NCBI GenBank assembly: GCA_012026655.1 | Contig: JAAILG010002141.1 | Coordinates: 1 to 57,426, forward strand | Direction of reading: 5' to 3' | Length of the DNA stretch: 57,426 bases | Source: Hydrolagus affinis | Lineage: Eukaryota | In this document: piece after piece, positions 53,013-57,426 of the stretch | Numbering within the stretch: position 1 is the stretch's first letter | Layout: each line of letters opens with the position of its first letter | Notes under the pieces: model-generated | The model's database searches: none | What the model was told of the DNA's origin: nothing | Seen by the model: only the letters and a program-made list of their open reading frames with translations | Made by a program: the position numbers and the translations under genes

Positions 53013-53418
53013 ACGTTTTATTATAAATTTCTAATGTTGGACAGTTTTACAGCTTCTTTCAGTATAAGAGCCAACTGTGCTTCATAAACAAAGGAAGTGG
53101 ATGCAAAAAATCTGAAAGTAAAGTGTGCATAGAAAAGCTGAGTAAAAAACCAGAACCTCCAAGATAACTGATTGAACAAAAATGTTTTTATCGAAACTAA
53201 TAGTGCAGCAATAGTAAACATGAGGTGGACAGGTGGTGCCAGGTAAGATGCCAAGCCACACCATGGGATCAACAGAAAGGCTGGCACAAAGTTTCTTAAA
53301 TTTCAACTGAACCAGATATCTTGTTGAAGCAACTCTCCACAGGAATCTTATCCTCCTGCCAACAAAACATTCAGGCATCTTTATTTTACTCTCTGTGCAA
53401 AATAACCTGGCTCTCCAA

Positions 53419-53580
53419 TAGGGTCCGTCGATATGGAAATTTTCCAATTTAGATATTTCGATGGGCTCCTATCAAGATATACCGAAATATCGATATTTTC
53501 GGGTTTTTCGTATTGCGCATGCGCGCGCGCATTCGGGGGGTGCGCGCGCATTCGGGGCCTATCTCCTCAGGAGGTAAATA
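53419..53580. mobile_element. One end of a second, related hAT-type MITE, inverted relative to 44976-45339
   Basis: The first 27 nt, tagggtccgtcgatatggaaattttcc, are the exact reverse complement of 45313-45339. Similarity continues through the gcgcatgcgc block; no opposite TIR found. Confidence 0.85.
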
Positions 53581-53882
53581 GCTTTCTCTCTGTGTGTCTC
53601 ACACTCACTCTCTCCATCTCTGTGTTTTTCTGTCTGTGTCTCTGTGTCTCTCTCCTCTCTCACATCCCCCCCATCTCTATCTATCTGTATATTATCACAT
53701 CCACCCCGTCTCTCCCACCACATCTCCCCTCCCCCCCCCCGCCGCTGTCCCTCTCTCCTCCCCACCCCCGGCGCCGTCCCTCTCTCCCACCCACCCCCGC
53801 CGTCTCTCTCCCCCCCCCAACCCCCCAGCCATCTCTCTCCCCCTCCCCACACCCCCCAGCCGTCTCTCTGCCCCTCCCCCCC
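53581..53882. repeat. CT/C-rich low-complexity degenerate minisatellite
   Basis: (ct/gt)n, then repeated ccccc-gccgtctctct-ccccc-like units. Confidence 0.85.
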
Positions 53883-54169
53883 TTAGCTTCCTTAGCTATG
53901 TAATCTTATACATTTGTTTGTTCAGCATGACACTTCATCCTTTGAGGGCATTTTCCTTTCTCACACCTCCTTAGCTTTGTTGTTATTGCACTGTGTGTGA
54001 CCAGAGGGCAAGTATACACCGCTCACATGCTTTTGACAGAGCTGTTGGACAGTGACAGCTTAGCAGCATAAAGATGTGTGCTGGAGCTGGGGCAGAATGT
54101 GGCAGTGAGGATAGAAAAAAATGATTAACAGCAGGGAGAATGTGGCTATATACAAGAGCACAAGAAGGG

Positions 54170-54352
54170 TATAGGGCCTTGGGACCCCATTTGATCTCAT
54201 CCTTCGAGGCTACTCATCCTACCTTCTTCCCTCCCACTCTCCCAACCCGAAGCTTGGTCTTATTTCCAAATGTAATTACCTTCTCTTTCCTTCATACCTT
54301 AGGTTGCATTCCCAGCGTGAAAAGTGCTATATAAATGTAAATTTGTTGTTGT
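54170..54352 (+). mobile_element. Degraded L2 3' fragment
   Basis: Pyrimidine-rich UTR ending cgtgaaaagtgctatataaatgtaaatttgttgttgt. Confidence 0.7.
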
Positions 54353-54505
54353 ACCTTGCCCTGCACTTGTGAATGAGAACCATTTATGCATAAGAGAAGC
54401 AGGCGGTGTCTCAGTAACAGACTCCTGGGTCATTCATTTAATATCTCTTAACAATTCAAACATGTTTTTTTAATGTCTATCAATTTTGCTTTCTCTTTAG
54501 CTAGT

Positions 54506-54572
54506 TAATAATAATAAAAATTGTATTTGTATTTGATATGGTGCCTTATCATGTGTTTGAGACATCTCAAAG
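54506..54572 (-). mobile_element. Solo SINE tail
   Basis: (aat)n...gtatttgatatggtgccttatcatgtgtttgagacatctcaaag. Confidence 0.75.
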
Positions 54573-55000
54573 ATTCTGGTTAGCATGGGATTTTAGTATC
54601 CATTTATCCTGAAATGCAGGTAATTTTGCATTGTGCTGTCATATTCACTAGGAACTAGTTAACATTGGCTTGACTCATTCCTCTTACAGCACTCAAGAGG
54701 GAAGTAGCTTCCATCCCATTTGATTGAAATCTATACAGATTGATTTGGAACAACTAATGAGTGATGTGGTCATTTTCAGCGATGCATCAATTAAACTATT
54801 GACAGAAGTTACTTCCTGTTTGACCCACTTGCTCTAGGTCGGTTTAAACGAGTGGCCATCTGGATTTAACTCATGTTTGGGTCGTACACATACACTTGAG
54901 AAAAGGATGTGGTTCAAATCTCTCTACCAAGCAAACAGATAGAGTTGGTGATGGTTTGGGTAGCGCTGGGATGAAAGAAAGCTTTCCTAACTCTCACTAT

Positions 55001-55044
55001 TTTCGTTTCAGATTTCCAGCATCTGCAGCATTTTGTGTTTTGTT
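55001..55044 (+). mobile_element. Penelope pLTR terminal fragment
   Basis: gtttcagatttccagcatctgcagcattttgtgttttgtt matches 32929-32969. Confidence 0.75.
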
Positions 55045-56195
55045 CACTGTCACTTCTCTTACTTCAACAAACCCAATAACCATTCATTACCTTTATTCTA
55101 CTCCAGGGTGTTATCCATTTCAAAAATATGAAGAACATTGTTTTAATCTTAATTTCAGGTTTAAGCTGGTTTAAGATTTTTTTTGTGATTCTATATCATG
55201 CAGGAATGGCTGGAGACTGATATTATTAGTGCTACACTCTAACAGAGGTCAGAGCTTCTGGGAAGCTCAAGCTGCGGTTGCAGGACCCCAACATGCTAAA
55301 TTATAAAGCTGGCAGGACAAGGGGCATAAAAGAGAATGAGAAAAGAGTTGAACAGACCTGAGAAGTCAATACAAGTAGCAGAACAAGCTAAGAGGGCAGA
55401 GCAAAGGGGCTGCCTGGGTGATTAAAAGGATAACTGTTAGTTCATACATTTAGTGACACATGCAGAGTAGTGTTGCAAACCAGTTCCAGCATGGAAAGCT
55501 AGTATGCCACTAAAATATAAATGTAAAAGCACTTGCTGGAAACCTAACGCCTGGCATGCAGGAGTACTCTGGCCTCCATTTGTAAGAGATACATCCAATG
55601 GCAATTGCCCTCCCCCACCGTCGTGATCTGATAAAAGCTCTGTTCTGTGTTGCATCCCGGTGCTTGAGCAGTGTCACTGTAGGGAACGCAGACGATCCCA
55701 TCTGTCTCCTTAATCTGGCAAGCATACTTTGGAAGGTTAACACCACCAAGTTTCATTTTCCAATCCTTTAATTGCCCAATTAACTCTAGCAAATTACTCT
55801 GCTCCAGACTAAACAAATCATTTTCCTTCCGTACCACTCCCTGCGCTTGCGCTTATTTTTTGTTTAATTAGGTGTCCCCTGGTTAAGGGAGCCACAGTGG
55901 AGACAGATGAACTTCCTCATTAAGAATGGGATGAAGCTCCTTATAATGAATGTCTCTTATGAACATACAATATTATTAATTTTTTTTGACAAACAAGAAT
56001 TTTTTATCTTTTAAATTTTCAAAAGAATTAATGCTTTGGAATTATTTTTGTAAATACCATGCTCAGAATATTTTCACCACTTCATACCCAAGCACAGTTT
56101 TCTTTCAGGTAGAATTATACTTCAGTTCAGACACACTGCACAGCATTAGCCTTTTCAAAAATTCCTGAAAGTGGCCTCATCAATTACTGTAAAGT

Positions 56196-56340
56196 ACAAC
56201 AACAACTTGGATTTATATAGCACCCTCCATGCCAGACAGCTTCTCAGAGAGCTTCAAATGGTACCAACCCAGACCAATAACAACAACAAAATTACACTTG
56301 TATAGCGCCTTTTACGTCAGGAGGACGTCCCGTGGTGCTA
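56196..56340 (-). mobile_element. Two adjacent solo L2 tails from two different families (about 56196-56256 and 56277-56340)
   Basis: (caa)n-cttggatttatatagcaccctccatgccagac... and (caa)n-aattacacttgtatagcgccttttacgtcaggaggacgtccc. Confidence 0.8.
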
Positions 56341-56487
56341 ATAAATGGAGGACAATCTTTTATTATATATTATTGAGGATATCAGAATAGGTGGTAGAAT
56401 GCCTTACAGTATGTAGTCTGGTGACAACAAGTCATACAATTTTTTTCATATGATTACCAAGGAAAAAACTGTTGTAAGTATTTATAA

Positions 56488-56799
56488 GAATAATAATCCT
56501 TACACTTAATATAGCGCCTTATCATGTCTTCAAGACGTCTCAACGGGCTTCACAGAATATACTGTAAAGTGAATAGTGGGTGAAATGCCCTTATCCCAAG
56601 GAATATTCATTTAAATTAATTGCACTGTATGCCATACTAACTATATTGTTCAATTTTTGAAGTCTGATAATAATAATAAGATTATTATGAGGCATCTGGA
56701 GGAAGGAAACTTGCCCAAGGTTTCATCCTGTCTGGTATTAAACCCAGGTCTCTCGTTTGTAAGGCGAGTGCTCTACCCACTGAGCTACAGGACTGCACA
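56488..56799 (-). mobile_element. SINE tail (56488-56590) and SINE head (56681-56799) separated by non-homologous sequence
   Basis: The head has A box TAGCTCAGTGG and a degenerate B box; the tail matches the (TTA)n family; the middle does not align to 43940-44040. Confidence 0.8.
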
Positions 56800-57426
56800 A
56801 TGTTGAATTCACGGAAACAAGTGGAGAACAATTTATGCAGCAATTTTGCCTGAACACTTTTTAACATCTGCACCAAATATCTGCTGAATGAGTTAGTGAT
56901 GTCTACTATCAGAGCATCAATATAACACCAAGTTTTATTTTCAATTCATTGACTTTCTGGCTAATTTTTAAACCTGTTTATCTGTCTATGTTGTCCAATT
57001 GAAATATCAACTGATAGTTGGACACAAGCACAATGTGGCCTCAGACCAGTTTTTCAAATTATACCATTTTATCTCAATGAAGACAATTAAACTTCTGTTT
57101 TGTGAATGCAAGATCAAAACATACAAGATCATCCACTTTCACCCAGGTTCTGAATAAGGTAAAAGATAATTTATCTGAGCTTCTTTCGCTCTTGAACATT
57201 CAGCCTACAAATTTTGGAGGCGTATTGAGCTGTTGCATTCAAGGCACAAATAAACAGTGAACTTTCCCACAGCAGATTAGAATCCTTAATGAAATCACCT
57301 TGGGGTAAAGGAAATAAACCTTTTGATGATAGTGGGAAGGTGGCATTCATAATCCTAAAAGGCTTGTGTTAAAGTTCATTGAGGAAGTGCCTGAGAAGAC
57401 ACCCTCACCTCCAAAACCGTCATCAC

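Larger units (their letters stand above)
36885..57426 (-). other. GRID1: GRID1 intron upstream of the exon (at least 20.5 kb)
   Basis: Ends at the AG acceptor at 36886-36885. The preceding exon (DLMTQGILALVTS...WQKFVMFYDSEY-like) would show up in the ORF track and does not. Confidence 0.75.

Noticed and set aside
53433-53974. Proline/serine-rich and glycine-rich ORFs
   Set aside because: They arise from a low-complexity C-rich repeat that lacks stop codons.
55437-55837. Three overlapping minus-strand ORFs as the upstream GRID1 exon
   Set aside because: None resembles the GluD1 ATD or any protein I recognise.

Overview
This is AT-rich, CpG-depleted vertebrate genomic DNA. The repeat content (L2 and CR1 LINEs, SacSINE1/Deu-type tRNA SINEs, Penelope LTRs) points to a cartilaginous fish; that assignment is an inference. 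The only host coding sequence I can support is one 206-bp internal exon of GRID1 (GluD1 amino-terminal domain) on the minus strand at 36679-36884, with canonical AG/GT sites. The rest of the window appears to be the two flanking introns. These hold truncated L2 and CR1 copies, many SINE copies, two Tc1/pogo-type MITE copies, two copies of a CpG-rich hAT-type MITE, and three Penelope-like remnants. One Penelope remnant is a TSD-flanked fold-back copy with a minimal hammerhead ribozyme core. Nearly all ORFs in the supplied track are chance ORFs or TE fragments. I cannot support a wholly new biological system from this sequence. The items most worth checking are the Penelope/hammerhead fold-back element, a perfect 25-bp hairpin at 899-954, the hAT MITE family, and a covarying 3' stem-loop shared by the L2 and SINE families. 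Family names come from recalled consensus motifs, not database searches, and boundaries of degraded repeats are approximate.
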